From contig JAYWIR010000025.1 in assembly GCA_036172245.1 (NCBI GenBank), positions 930,001 through 994,000 of the forward strand: a DNA stretch of 64,000 nucleotides, read 5' to 3'. A model generated the notes under the pieces. The model saw only the letters and a program-made list of their open reading frames with translations. It was not told where the DNA came from and made no database searches. The translations under genes and the position numbers were made by a program. The stretch's first letter is position 1; each line of letters opens with the position of its first letter. This stretch comes from Raillietiella orientalis. Taxonomy: Eukaryota. This document shows positions 39,590-52,100 of the stretch, in pieces.

Positions 39590-40300
39590 ACTGACTCGTT
39601 AGTCAAAGCATCTTGTTCCGTTTGGGGGAAGCAGGGGGCTCATGTAGGTGCTGCGCTCATCGTGAACTTTCTGGTTGGTGTGTGTCAGCACATCCGCGAG
39701 ATCTCTGAGCCAAGAGGCAGAATCAAACGAAGACTTCGCTATTATTGAAATCAAAAGAATAACGTGCATTAAATTACTGCAACCATGGCAACAGCTCAAA
39801 GTGTGGCTCGCTCTCCACTGCATCAAGGCGACCATGTCTATTTGAGATGCAAGGTGCATCAGGTTTGCCATTCATCCACTTCCCATCCCTCAGTGGTGAG
39901 CTTTTTCTTCTCTTGCAGCAGCAGTAAAATGCAACGAAATCTTAAGGTTGATTTTTGCACGTCATCTGAGAGTTGCAACTTGAAGCCAGTGAGAGAAACT
40001 TCCTCTCATTAAGTTTTATCATAGCATTTTGGAAATCATAACATAGGAACGATCATAACAATCTCCACGTAACATGTTGCCGCTTAACTCTTACGTGTGG
40101 CCACAAAACGTATGAATATGCAAATAGCATTTTAGAACTTTTAGAAGCTGCATCTAGTGATAAAATTTGCAGGGTTTTCCACGGGTAGATTCTCTGGAAT
40201 TCTCCTGAATGTTTTTTCCCTAGCATTTCTAATATGAAAATCCTCTCTTCGCGGATTAGGTACTGTTCCAGAAGGTCCACAAACAAGATACAGCAGTTCC
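39590..40300 (-). mobile_element. Possible hAT transposase relic
   Basis: Minus strand ASHTLS (CxAHxL-like) followed by LPPNGTRCF (PxxTRW-like); weak. Confidence 0.3.
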
Positions 40301-40799
40301 TCGGGAGCGAAGTATTACTAGATGCTCACACAAGAGATTTGAAAGGGGAAAAAAAATGGGAAGAAAGAAAATGCTCAATAGCACAATAGCAAAATCTTCT
40401 CAGGGTGACGGATGTCATACCCAGGAAACCTCTTCCCTTCTTTCATGATGGTAGCTTGATGAGAAGAGCTGCATGGTTTTGTAAAAGCCATCATCATGTT
40501 AAAAGGATTCTGGCTAATGATGAGGTGCTATCTGCTTTATATTAAGTGCTTGGATATATGGATAACCTGCGGGAATGGAGGGATCTCGAATGTGAAAAGC
40601 AAACTGCTTTAGGGTTGTTGAGGAAGAACAGCTCTGGATACTGTCGATGGCAGTGCTCGTGTTTTGCCTTAACTGCCGTGAGGGTTAGGGATGGCGAAGG
40701 CATGAGCACAGCTTGCCGATTGCAGTGGAATGGGCTTAGCGTGTAAATTAGGGACTGTTTCGCATTGCGATGAACTGTCGCTCAATCCTACCGACAAAG

Positions 40800-42430
40800 A
40801 CCGCGAAAGAGCAAAAGACAAAATCCACTAGATATTTATCTTCCAAAAGATCGAGGTTTCGAAGAAACCTTGGGTTTCTCTTGCTGTTACGAAATTTCTA
40901 CACAGTTCCGGGATCTTTTTCTTTGGTCCATTTCCCATGTATTAAGAGGCAACACGGAACGCTTGATCTGTTTTTAAAAATTGAGATTTCGCTGTCATGA
41001 GCTCTCGGTGACTTACGTCAGCAAACTGATGGCAGGAACCGTTTCTGTTATGAGTAAAAGAACGATGGAAATTAGCCTCTAATGGCGAAAACAATGTGCA
41101 CACCTTTTTTATCAGTCATGGATCTTTGGGAGGAACATGATGTGATAGGAAAGTTCGCTTCTCGAAACACACCTGCAGTGTTGTCTTTATCATTCTGGAC
41201 GTTATCCTATTTGAGGTTTCTAACAGCAGTACTGGACGCAGGCCGAAACGATCATGCGAGTTGAATTGGTAGGTCTGTGATTTCTGGAAGTGGTAGAAAA
41301 TGTACTAGGGTTATAGGGTTATAGGGGCTGCTAAGAAGCATGTAATGAACAAATGGCTCGAGCGTCAGAGGGTATGGTAGTGATAATGAGGTAGGAGGGA
41401 GGAGTGCTTAGGGAGCGAAGATGACAGGTTGATGAAGAGGAGGGAAAACAGCAGCGTAATGAGGATTGTAATTAATGAGGTGGAATTTTTCTCAGTTCAT
41501 TCCTCTTGGTTTTTGATGCTTTTATTGCGTGCGAGCAGGTGGATTAGCGAAGCGATGAGTTGCAACGTCTGATCTTTTCCCGCGCAAAATTCGAAATACC
41601 TAAAGTCGTCATCATATTCCTGAACTCCAATTAATGCATCAGCTGCTTAGAGTCCCACCCATACAAAACTGCTGTTTTGTTCTTCCTAACCTACCAGAGC
41701 ATAAAAATCGCCACTTTATTTAACTCCATTGGGGTAACTCGAATCGAAAGAAACTTCCAGTGCCAATTATCGAGCCCTTAAACATGGGTTTCTTCGTTCT
41801 GCGTCAGCGTTCATCATTTTCTGTTTTTCCATCCCCTGCTTTTTCTCCTCACTTATTCCTTTTTCATCTGCTCCTTGACATCCGTTTTTACTGTAAGAAC
41901 TTTTAAAGCTCTTGATCTTCCTGCATGGCAACTCGTGCTCCAAGTGCGAAGTCTCTCCAAGACTTTTTCGTTGATGATTGATTGCTTTGGGGGATTTTCT
42001 CCCAAAGGACGATTCAGGGACAGAAATGCCTGACGACGGCGCAGTTTGGAAGTGAGAGATCGGGATTCAGCAATAGGAATTCAGTTGGCTTAGCCTTCAA
42101 CTTAGTACGGTCTGTGCCGGATACCGATTCCGTGCCTAGTTTAGATAGGTTGGTGCGGTGCAACCTACTGCCAGCGTGCATAGCCAACCGTTTCGGTCTC
42201 ACCCTGTCGTGGGACAAAAGCACACGAATCGTGCATGCGGTCGAATTCGATAGCAGGGGCGTCGATTCTGAGTCGGAAAGAGTAGAATGCCCCAGGAAAG
42301 TCTTGGCTAGAGATTCATGCAGTATTGGCTCCATCGAAGATGTATTCGTATTTCGATGAAATGGGCTATTTGGAGGGAAAACAACTGGCTTTACTGTTTG
42401 AACGGCAGCTCGACTCGGTCTTCTCACTTC
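40800..42430 (-). mobile_element. Degenerate non-LTR retrotransposon (RT motifs; possible N-terminal zinc finger/Myb as in R2-group elements)
   Basis: Minus-strand order: CTI...KRLAMH, RKSPKAINHQR (Myb-like), NHRPT (NYRPI), SPLEANF (SPLLFN), QFADV (YADD) and KYL. The spacing implies internal deletions. Confidence 0.4.
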
Positions 42431-43133
42431 CTAGACACTGCTTTGCATCAACACCAATCTATTACTGCATTTCTGTGTGCTGTACTGCTCGTAATTTTGA
42501 ACGAGAACTGGGGGCTGGTTAAAGCAAAACTCAGACCTGGCTGATGGGTGTAATAAGGTCCCGTACAATCTTCACGCATGCATATGCATATTTTACAATA
42601 AATATATGGAGAAAAAAGGCACCTCTAGATGATCAACTAACCAGCAGTATTAATGAAAGCTTTAGACGGACATGCCGTTATATGGGATGCGTGCAGAATA
42701 GGCTTACCGGAATGAATGGACAGCAGCCAATGAGGAATCCCATGTTTGTTCGGGTCAACTACGATAATGTTGTATTTTGCTTCACTAGTATATATGCCTG
42801 AGCGTGTGGACTGTCCACGTTTGCTCTCAATGACATACACATGGTGAAACGCTCCTGATTTAGCAATCCTCTGCCTGCCTTCTCAAGGGTTTCCGTGTTT
42901 CTGTATCTTCCATTCGCTTTATGCTTGTGGTTTCATGTTTCCGAACGCCAATCCCGTTCCCGGTCGGCAAGGAACACCGGCAATCGGGCCTCTCCTGTGG
43001 TTTGCTTCATCTTTCTTTCCTTTGCTTTCGACAACTGCTAAGGAAGCTTACTCCATCTTCAGACGTAGTCTTTAACACCATGTATCAGATTGAAAAGTGT
43101 TCACTTTTGCTTTCTTCTTCCAGGAATGCTTCC

Positions 43134-46100
43134 ATGTGGGGAAGAAGAACGAGGATGGAAAAGATGCTTATCTTACTTTTCCTGGCCATCATCGGGGTGC
43201 TGTTCGTGCTCACCATTTGTTTTATTTCCTTAGAACTGATCGGATGTGAGTATACACACAGATCTAAGTATTTCTGCCTCATGTTAGCGTATATCTGGGT
43301 GAATTTAATCCAGGTGCACTTTCCTTGAAATTCCTGTTCGGATTCAGAGTTAAGAGTTCCGTTTCCGCGAGTCCTTTTCCTCCATCAAAGGTCATCATTT
43401 CGAGGACCTCTTTTTCTCGGATAGCTACCGCATGGGGACAACTGCAACTATCCGCCGCTAGTCACCTATTTCCGTCTTCACAGCTGCGTCTGGAACAGCC
43501 CATAGGCTGATCTGCCTGAAGTCCCCATAGATCTGTCTCCACGTTGGTAGTTCTCGCACTCTTTCCACCATCTTTTCCAAAGGCACAATCTTTTTTCCCG
43601 GGGTGCCCGCATCATGAGCAGCAGTCCACAAAGAAGATGGCTGTGAAAGTATAGGACTGTTCTGTCCGACTCTGTGACTCTGAAAAAACAATCTGATGCA
43701 ACGAACCGACGGGTCTGCTGCTTCCAGAATCTTCCATCGGCATAGCACAACGTTAGGCAATGCAAACGCTGCGGAAGTGGTTCTCCTATCACTGCCACAC
43801 ATCGAATCATCTTCTGCGCACGCAGGTCACTCTGCTCTTGTTTGATCCACTCGCTGCGGCTATCGAAAACGGCTGATCGCCGGACGATATCTACTTCTGC
43901 TCTCACTTCACAAGGAGGCAAAGGATGGCGTGGTGTCGTCCATTTGCATTCGCTTCCGTCCCAGCGTCCGAATTTAAGATTGCAACGGATTCTCTGCTCA
44001 ATTAGAATCGTGGAAGAACTCTCACAAAAGTTTTGATCAGGTGGTGGTGATCTCACTTTCTGGCATCTCAGAATTCACATCCATGCAACCTTGATCAGGG
44101 ATAGTTCGAAATCTGTCAGTCTACTAATAGATTTCAAACGTCATCCGTGTTTGTTCTAAATGCATATATCGCAGAAACACATGCTTTGTCTGGTTCAGAG
44201 AAGTGTTCCAAGATGAGAACTGGCATCCAAGTCTCCGTTCAGAAGAGTCGGAAATGCTCTTAGTTCTTAGTTCAAGTAAAGCAAGAAAGATGTCGCATGA
44301 TGCTTTCAGTTTGGCATTAGCAATTTCGCTTTGGTGACCGTCATCTTGATACAAAGCTGAAAAATAAAGACAGAGAAATCGATCCTTCGGTGAGTGGACC
44401 TGAAAAAAAACCCTGTCCAAGAGGAGAGATGTTCTGATTTTGAATGAGGGGGAGGTGCGGACGAAAGATTTTCTTGTGCTGGGACATTTCAGATAGGCAG
44501 TGTTTTGTTTTCCGGAAAGGGTTGTCACCAGTTTGTTTGCACTTCAATTTCTAGGATTATCTCAGAGGAACTTTGTTGAATTTTTGTATGTAAACAGCAG
44601 TACCTTCGAAGAAAACTATCCAGATGAAGCTCCGAACTCAGAATGCATCTGCATGGCAATTATTCAACCAGTGGAATCATCGGTTTTCTGCATGGTGTTG
44701 ATGTTTGGTTCCTGCGAAGTTTGCGGTCATCGAAGTGCCTGGAGTGTGGTCAGGCAGCTCACCCACTGTGTTTGTGTTTTTACTTCCTCCGTTGGCATTG
44801 AAATTTCACATTTAAACCCTCCAGTTTCCTTCGCAGGAAAGTGATAAAAATTAACGTTCTTTCCGTCTCTATCGATAAATATCCTTTTGTTTCTTCACTG
44901 CGTTGGCATGGGAAACGATCTTGTGATTCCATCGAATTCCCGGCAGCACTGGCCGCCGGCACTGGCAGAGCTGAATTTCACAGCCATTTGAAATGCTTGT
45001 AACTTCTTCATACTTTTCTCGTTTCATGACCATCGTTCTTTGAGTACATTACGTGTCCGCTAATCACAGTGCAATGTGCAGTTTTACAGAGAATCCGTAC
45101 AACTGTGACGGTGTTCTCAGTTCTGGAGTTTGAGATAAATCCCAGACAGCTTCCTAGGCAGTTTCCAAGCAAGTTCAGTGCTCACTCCACTGAACACCCT
45201 TCTTCTGTGCCCTTCTGATCGCTTGGTGTTGGCGTCCACGACTGAAAGTGCCCACACTCTCATGAATAATGTATATTCTAAACATTCGATCTTAGAGAGC
45301 GCTGTTGACTCTTCTCCTCATGGCAGACAATGACCTTTACCCACCACCGCTTGTATTTAGCAGAGTGTGTTACTTTATGAAAGAAAATTCGGAAAAAAGA
45401 ATTTTCCGCAAGATATTTTTTCCATATATTTCAGTTGCGTCAGCGGTGGGGAGGGGGGATAATGGTGTGTGTGGTTTTCTCGGTATCCTTGGGTGTCATG
45501 AGTTGAACGAGTCTCCAAGAAATGAATCCCAATGTAACTGGAGTCTTGTTTAATTGACTAGAGCTCCGATTGGTGCTCATCCCTGTATCTGACAGACAAT
45601 GTAAGAAAAGCAGAATTGGAAAGAAACTTTTCATTGGAACAGGAAGTTCAGAAGCTCTCGTGATGTTCTTGTCGTGACCACATGACTATTGAAATCTGTT
45701 TTCTTTCCCATTATATTCACTTGAAGGGTTTGTGTTGATGGAAGGCTGTGGGAAACATGGATGCTCCCTACTGAAAGTCAGGCAGGCAAGAAAGTGCATC
45801 TTGAGATAGATATTCGTTTTATGGGTTGAAATGGCGGCATCGGTGTCTACTCAAAATACAAAGGATTTTGTCTGTTAATTTGAGCAATGCTTTCATTAGC
45901 GTTCATCTACCGTTGAGTGAGGGTTCAATAGATTCTCACACAGACAATCCACTGAATAGTTGAGGGATCGAAAGGCACTGCGCTTCCAGCTCCCATTCGT
46001 TGAACACTTGCAGGACATGTACGATTCGTATTTGTCACATTCCGATACTGTACTCTGCGGCCTTAGGGAATCGCAAAAAGAACCTCCTATCTTCTGTACT

Positions 46101-49100
46101 TCACCTAGACTCCCTCTTTCCATCACCGATTTGCAAGCTAAGAGAGATTTTTGGAACCTTTTAGAATTCCGCCGGAGCTGTCCTCTGCATGAATCGTCAT
46201 TCATTCTGGTCATCACCCTCAATCACAAAGATTTTTCTTCCGCTTCCAGATTAAATAGAGCATCACCTTTTTTTCTTCGAATTGCAATGTAGTGGTTCTT
46301 GTGAGGAGCTTTACAGGCACATGAAGGAAATTTCAGTCACAGAAGACGATCGGAAAACGAGTGCCGTCGGATTGGTTATGGCGCCGTCTTATTTCTTAGC
46401 AATATTCGCACGCAAAGCATACTGCAACAAGCATGCATTCTTCAGAATATACTCAATGCTTTGTTTTTCAGATCAGTGGCACGGCACAGGACCTTGCATC
46501 ATTTCAGAAGACATCTGTCTGTCAGCAGAGTGCACCAAAGCTGGTAAATAGAGATAGACCTAAGTTCCCTGCGGAATTTCAAAAAAAAGAAAGAAAAGAA
46601 AAGAAAGGCAGAAGGTAGAGACACACAGGAAGCGAAACCACAGTCTCACGGTCTCACCTTACCGCCAAACTCCTCAGCACCTCTTTCAAAAAGTCCTGCT
46701 GGTTTTGAGTGTGAAAGTTGTTTTTTGGGCGTGAGCCTGCAGCCGCAAGGAAGATCATTCGCACGTGTATTCTTCGGCGCGAAAAATTACTCTTTTTTTT
46801 TGCCTTCTTGTTCCACGAGGGAAGGGCGTGGTTTCCAAAGCCTCGACTTGCTCATGCAATTTGTTTGCCATCTGTGGGAGCCCATCTCCAGGCTTGCGCA
46901 CTGTCGTTTTCCACTTGTATGGTCCAGCGGAGCTAACCACTTGATACGCTAAGGAGTCCCCGGAGATTCTTGTGGATGCATCTGTTCCTCCATAAAGATC
47001 TCTGTTAGCCCACGCCGAGCTCACTATATGATCTGCTTCCCGGGAACCGTCTTGCTTATTAGCCAGCTGGAAAATGATTATCTTTGCTTATAGTCAGCTG
47101 ATAGTGAATGATTTCCCCATCTCAGCTGTCGACACGGAAAAGCAAAACATGACTCGATAAATTTCAGTTCTTCTAGCTGGGAAAAATTAAAATATTGAGC
47201 TCCGAGATCAAGAAACTGTTGCGTCGCTTCTCAAAGGCTTCCACTAATTCCAGCCCGTGGCTGTATATCATGAAAAACAACGAACTAAACAGGAAAAGAA
47301 CTTTGCCATGAATGCAAGATGAATTTTGCAAGTCATTGATATGTAAAATACCATTCGGTGATCTCGACTGAATGTGAGCTAGGCGTCGTGAATCTAGAAA
47401 AGTAATGTGGCTTGCAAGATACAATGGTAGATCTTGCAGAATGTAACAAAGTGTTTTAGAACATAGCTTGGGTCCGTGGGCGGTGCATGATGGAACCTGG
47501 CAGCAGCTTCCTTCATTATCCTTTTGTCCTTTCTCGTTGGTTCGTCTGCCTCATACCACCATCAGCATAGGTGTTTACCCTTCAAGAGCTGAAATCAAGA
47601 AGGCATTTATCCTATGGACCAGTGCTCTTGCCGGCTGCTGCAATGACCTTGTGGAAGGTTTTCTAGATCAACAGGGATGTGCACATAATCAAGTTCACAT
47701 TAATCACAATGGCGAATCCATAGCGAGAGACCATTTGCTAGCTTGCAATTTACCCGTTTGTTTGCCTTTTTATCATTGAAATGCATTCGATAGTGTGTCA
47801 AGCATTCTTGGGGAAAATTCAGGTCATATTGAAGACCTTCGATGCTTTTCGTCTACTGCGAAGGTCCACATGGATTCGTGTGCTGCCATTGGTTGCAATA
47901 GGTTGAATGCAGCTCAAGCGTACATCCTCTGCAGCAATTTCATTGGAATAAAATCCTTCCCTTTGAAAAAACGTGAAGCATCACGTTTTAAGTTTCTGAA
48001 GAGAAAGCCAGCGGGACGTCTGGAGGATGAACTTTTGCCGCGCTGCTACCACGCTCGCGTCTTTGCATCCATAGGGAACGTGTCGAATGTGATGTATCCA
48101 AGGTGTTGAAAATTACCAGATCCAAAGAAGACCTTACATTTAGAAACGCCTTTTTTTTTTTTTTCCATCCATCTCCATCTGATTTATGCTGAAGTAGTAA
48201 AGAGCTTTTCATTGCTCATTCACAAGGGATTTGACCGCAAACAAGGTACCAAGAGATGGTAGCTTCAGGCTGGAAGACGCCCTAACTCCTGAGGATTGCA
48301 GCATTTTTTCCTTGGCATCACTGAAGTGAAGTACGTTCACAGCAACGCTGAAGTTTCCAGCAGTCGGATCTGTGTCCCATGAACTCAGTGGGATTGGAAT
48401 GTTCTTGTGTTGAGATTTCTTTTTTTTTTTCCCCCTTTGCAAAAATGCAGCGCTCATTACGCTGCTCCTCAAACCTGTGTCTCTCTTTCACATTTAGCCT
48501 CATCCATCATCAACAACATGGACAAGTCGGTGGATCCATGCCACGATTTTTATTATTTTGCTTGCGGGAGCTTTATCAAGAATACCATCATACCTGAAGA
48601 CAAGGCATCAGTGAGTCAATTTAACTTGATTGACGATCGTCTTTCTTCGCAACTCAAAACATTAGTGGAGGAGAAGATAAACAGAGAGGATACACAGTCC
48701 GTTCGCAACGTCAAGAATCTGTACTCTAGTTGCATGGATCTTGGTGAGTTTGCTTTTCTCTTCTTCCTAATTTCTGCGAGCAGTGGGTGAGAGGAATCGA
48801 GTGAGTCTCTCGTGACCAATCCCCAGTTTCTCAAGGAAAGTGCTAACCGATTCGGCCTCTTCCTTAACCGACTTGGTAGAAGAGACTCCAAGATTCCTTC
48901 TGATCTTTCGGTGGCTGGGCATGCAGCTCCTTCCGGATCCCCACCTTTCGCGTTCATCAAAGCCCTTCTGGTGAGCCCTTCACTGATAGTAGTGTTGGGC
49001 GTGACCGTTCGATTTCTCTCCCTGGCAGAGGTCCAGCTGGACACTGCATCCAAGAGTAGCACCGAATGAGAGACTTGTGTGCATGTTTGCTACCGCCTTG

Positions 49101-52100
49101 ATAGAATGCTTCTGAGCTCCCGATTGGTTTAGAACAATTGGAGAAAATCGGCTTGGATCCCCTGAGAGAGTATCTTCGACAGTTGGGTGGCTGGCCGGTG
49201 CTGGAGGAAAACTGGGACGAGAAACCCTTCGTCTGGTACGAGTCTCTGTACAAACTGCGCGATCTGGGCCTGGACACTGATCTGCTATGGGACTTCACGC
49301 TCCCATCCGACTTCAAGAATTCCTCCTGGAGGATCCTTCAGGTTCGAAACACTCTGCTCTGCTGCGCGTGCTGCTTACCTTCCTCTCCCACATGAACCTA
49401 CGCGGAATTCTTTCCCATTCCTGACGAGGTCAGGATCGGACAGGAATGGATAGGAGAACCACTGAAGACTGAGCGACTCGTATCGATATCTTTACATGCT
49501 GGTCAGGCAAACCCCGGTGGGCGTTGGCACCGATGAATCAATTTATCCTTAATGCTTCGATGCCCTTCGCGCCCATCTTTCTGCAGGAGAACGATCTTTA
49601 AATAACAGATAGTGGGATCCCGGATTCGGTTGCAGTCTGACGACATACCAACGATGCTAGATCGCTGCCCCAAAGCTACCGCCCAGCTCTTGCTTTGCTG
49701 AGACGCACTGGTTGCTCTCATATTGGAAGCAGTCGTTCTTGGGTTCACTTCGCAGGTTCCAGCGCCATCAGTGCACTTCGTTGCGCTTCACTCTTCTTTG
49801 TGAACGTCCTCTTACACGCCGTTCTGCGTCGTTAAGAACATGAACCCGGGTTCCACATCCCCTTTTAAACAACAGCTTTCCCTTATGCCATTCGAAGGAT
49901 TTTGGTGTTTCCCGGAACCGAACCTCTGTCGGGGAGAGGGAAGACGGAAGACTAGCATTGGGGAAGGAGTAAAGGGGATTCTCTTTCCCGTAGTAGCCCG
50001 CGTCCCGCATGTCTCTTAGGAGACGCACACGTGCCCAGGCCGTTGCAGTCACCAGCGGCACACAGATCTAGGGTCATCTTTCTCTAGTCCGTACAGCTCG
50101 GTCCACGCCGCAGGCGTAGTCGATCTTGTTTCACGGAGATTTCTTGGCTAATGCTTATTTCGTCTTGCAGATAGATCAGCCAGAGCTTGGGATGCCACGC
50201 AAATATTTATTGAAGGGATTCGACGACAAGGACGTGCAAGCGTACTATAGTTACATGATCGATTATGCCCTGCTGCTGGGAGCCAACGAAACCAAGGCTC
50301 GCATGGAGATGAAGGCGGTTCTGGAATTCGAGATCACTCTGTCAAATGTAAGCAAAGCAAAGAAAGTTTCGAGGACACGAAATGAAGGATGCGGTCGCCT
50401 CAGTTCACGGTTCCCATGGAGGAAAGGCGGATCATCAGCAAGTTATACAACAAGATGCTGCTTAAGGACTTCGCAAAGCAGTTTCCAGGGATACCCTGGC
50501 TCAATATAATAAACAAAGAACTGTTTCCTGTTTTGTCTGTGGCAGAGGATGAGCCTATCGTGGCAGCATCTCCCACCTACTTGGCCAATTTGTCCCTCAT
50601 TTTACCAACCACAGAAAAGAAGTAAGGGAGGCATTTTTTATAGGTCAGAAGCACATAATGAGACCTCTTTTCCTTCCGAGCAGGACTCTCGCCAATTATT
50701 TCATGTGGAGAATCACCAGCAGCGTGGGAGGCATGCTGAACGATGCAGCCCGCAAAATCAACCAGAAATTCTTGAAGGCATTCACGGGACAAGCTGTTGA
50801 AACCCCGCGCTGGAAAGAATGCATGCAGGCTCTCGTCGCAAGGTATCTTGAGCTGCCCCTCTCTCCTCCGTAAAGACTTTGCAGTTTGCCCAACGCGATT
50901 GGATCCTTCTATGTCCGGAGGTTTTTCGACCAGGCTGCTAAAGAAGAAGCCATGGATATGGTGAAAAGGATCCGAGATAGTTTCAAAGAGCTGTTGAGTA
51001 AGGTGGACTGGATGGATCCCATAACAAAGTACGTACTGAATTTTTTCCCTATTGAGAACGTTGTGACCACAAAAGAGAACACCGAAGTTGGCGGACACAC
51101 AAAGTGTCTTTCTTTTTTTTTGGGTTTTGCCTTTTTGCCGACTTGCTTGCCATACCGATCTTGTTGAAAGAAGTTACAATATGTTCCTTTTTTGTAATGT
51201 ATATTTTGTTTCGTATGTGCTACCATGTGAATATGAAATTTTCAGCTCTGCTGACTTGAAAGAAAAAGGGAAAAAAAAATCTACTGAAAAATAGCTTTTC
51301 TTTCAACTCTGCTGCTATGCAGATTTATCGTTGGTAATTCGGTGCTCGCAATGCGATGATGGGGAAACTCTGAATGCGTTTCGAAGGTTTTGCAAAGACG
51401 TCATGACAAAATGGTCTCACCCGCGTCGGAGACCGTGTGGTTACGGTGATCTCCACTCGTGGCGCCACTAAGCGTCGCGGGTTCGAATACTCCGAAGGAA
51501 ACGACGCTGTGCGTCATGGGTCCCCAGTTCACCCCACAGGATGACGCTGGTTGGCCCACAGTCATCCGGGTGTGGCACTGGTAGCGGTTGAAACAGGATG
51601 CCCCCGATGAGGGCCAGGAGAAATGGGAGTCGACCTCTGGGTCCTTCCAGGAATCAAGGAGTGGGAGTTCTTCCCCTCCGGTTGTGAAGGAGCGGACCCC
51701 CCTTCCCAGGGGGACCCTCCGCTTCGTACTGATGGAGTAGGTGTGTCGCCACTACCTCTCCAGAGAGTGCAGAGAAGCGAGCCGATCCCTTCGGGGAAGC
51801 TGCGTCCTTCTGACTTTCGGAAGCGTCCCTTCTGGGTTCCCTTCAGAGGAGTAAAAACTGGAGCGGATCCCTTGCAGGGGATTCCTCCAGAGAATAAATT
51901 CCAGGATCAGATCCTGTCCGGGTTCCCTTCAGAGAAGAAAGAATGGAGCGAACCCCCGGGGGGCCCTCTGGAGAAAATGAGGAAGGAGATTCCCTTCAAG
52001 GTTCCCCTTCGGAGACAACCAGGGTGGAGGTCTGATCCATCCCCCCTTTCCAGGGGATCCCTTCCCCGGCGTGAGAGGAACGCACCCCGAGTCCTTCCTG

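Noticed and set aside
41305..41330. Telomere-like tagggttatagggttatagggg
   Set aside because: Too short and not a TTAGG array.
46501..46510. Alternative exon 2 acceptor at 46508
   Set aside because: Joined to the upstream exon it creates an immediate TAA.
51423..51510. Functional tRNA gene
   Set aside because: The anticodon and T arms do not fold properly, there is no T-run terminator, and the sequence continues into a repeat body, so it is a SINE head.
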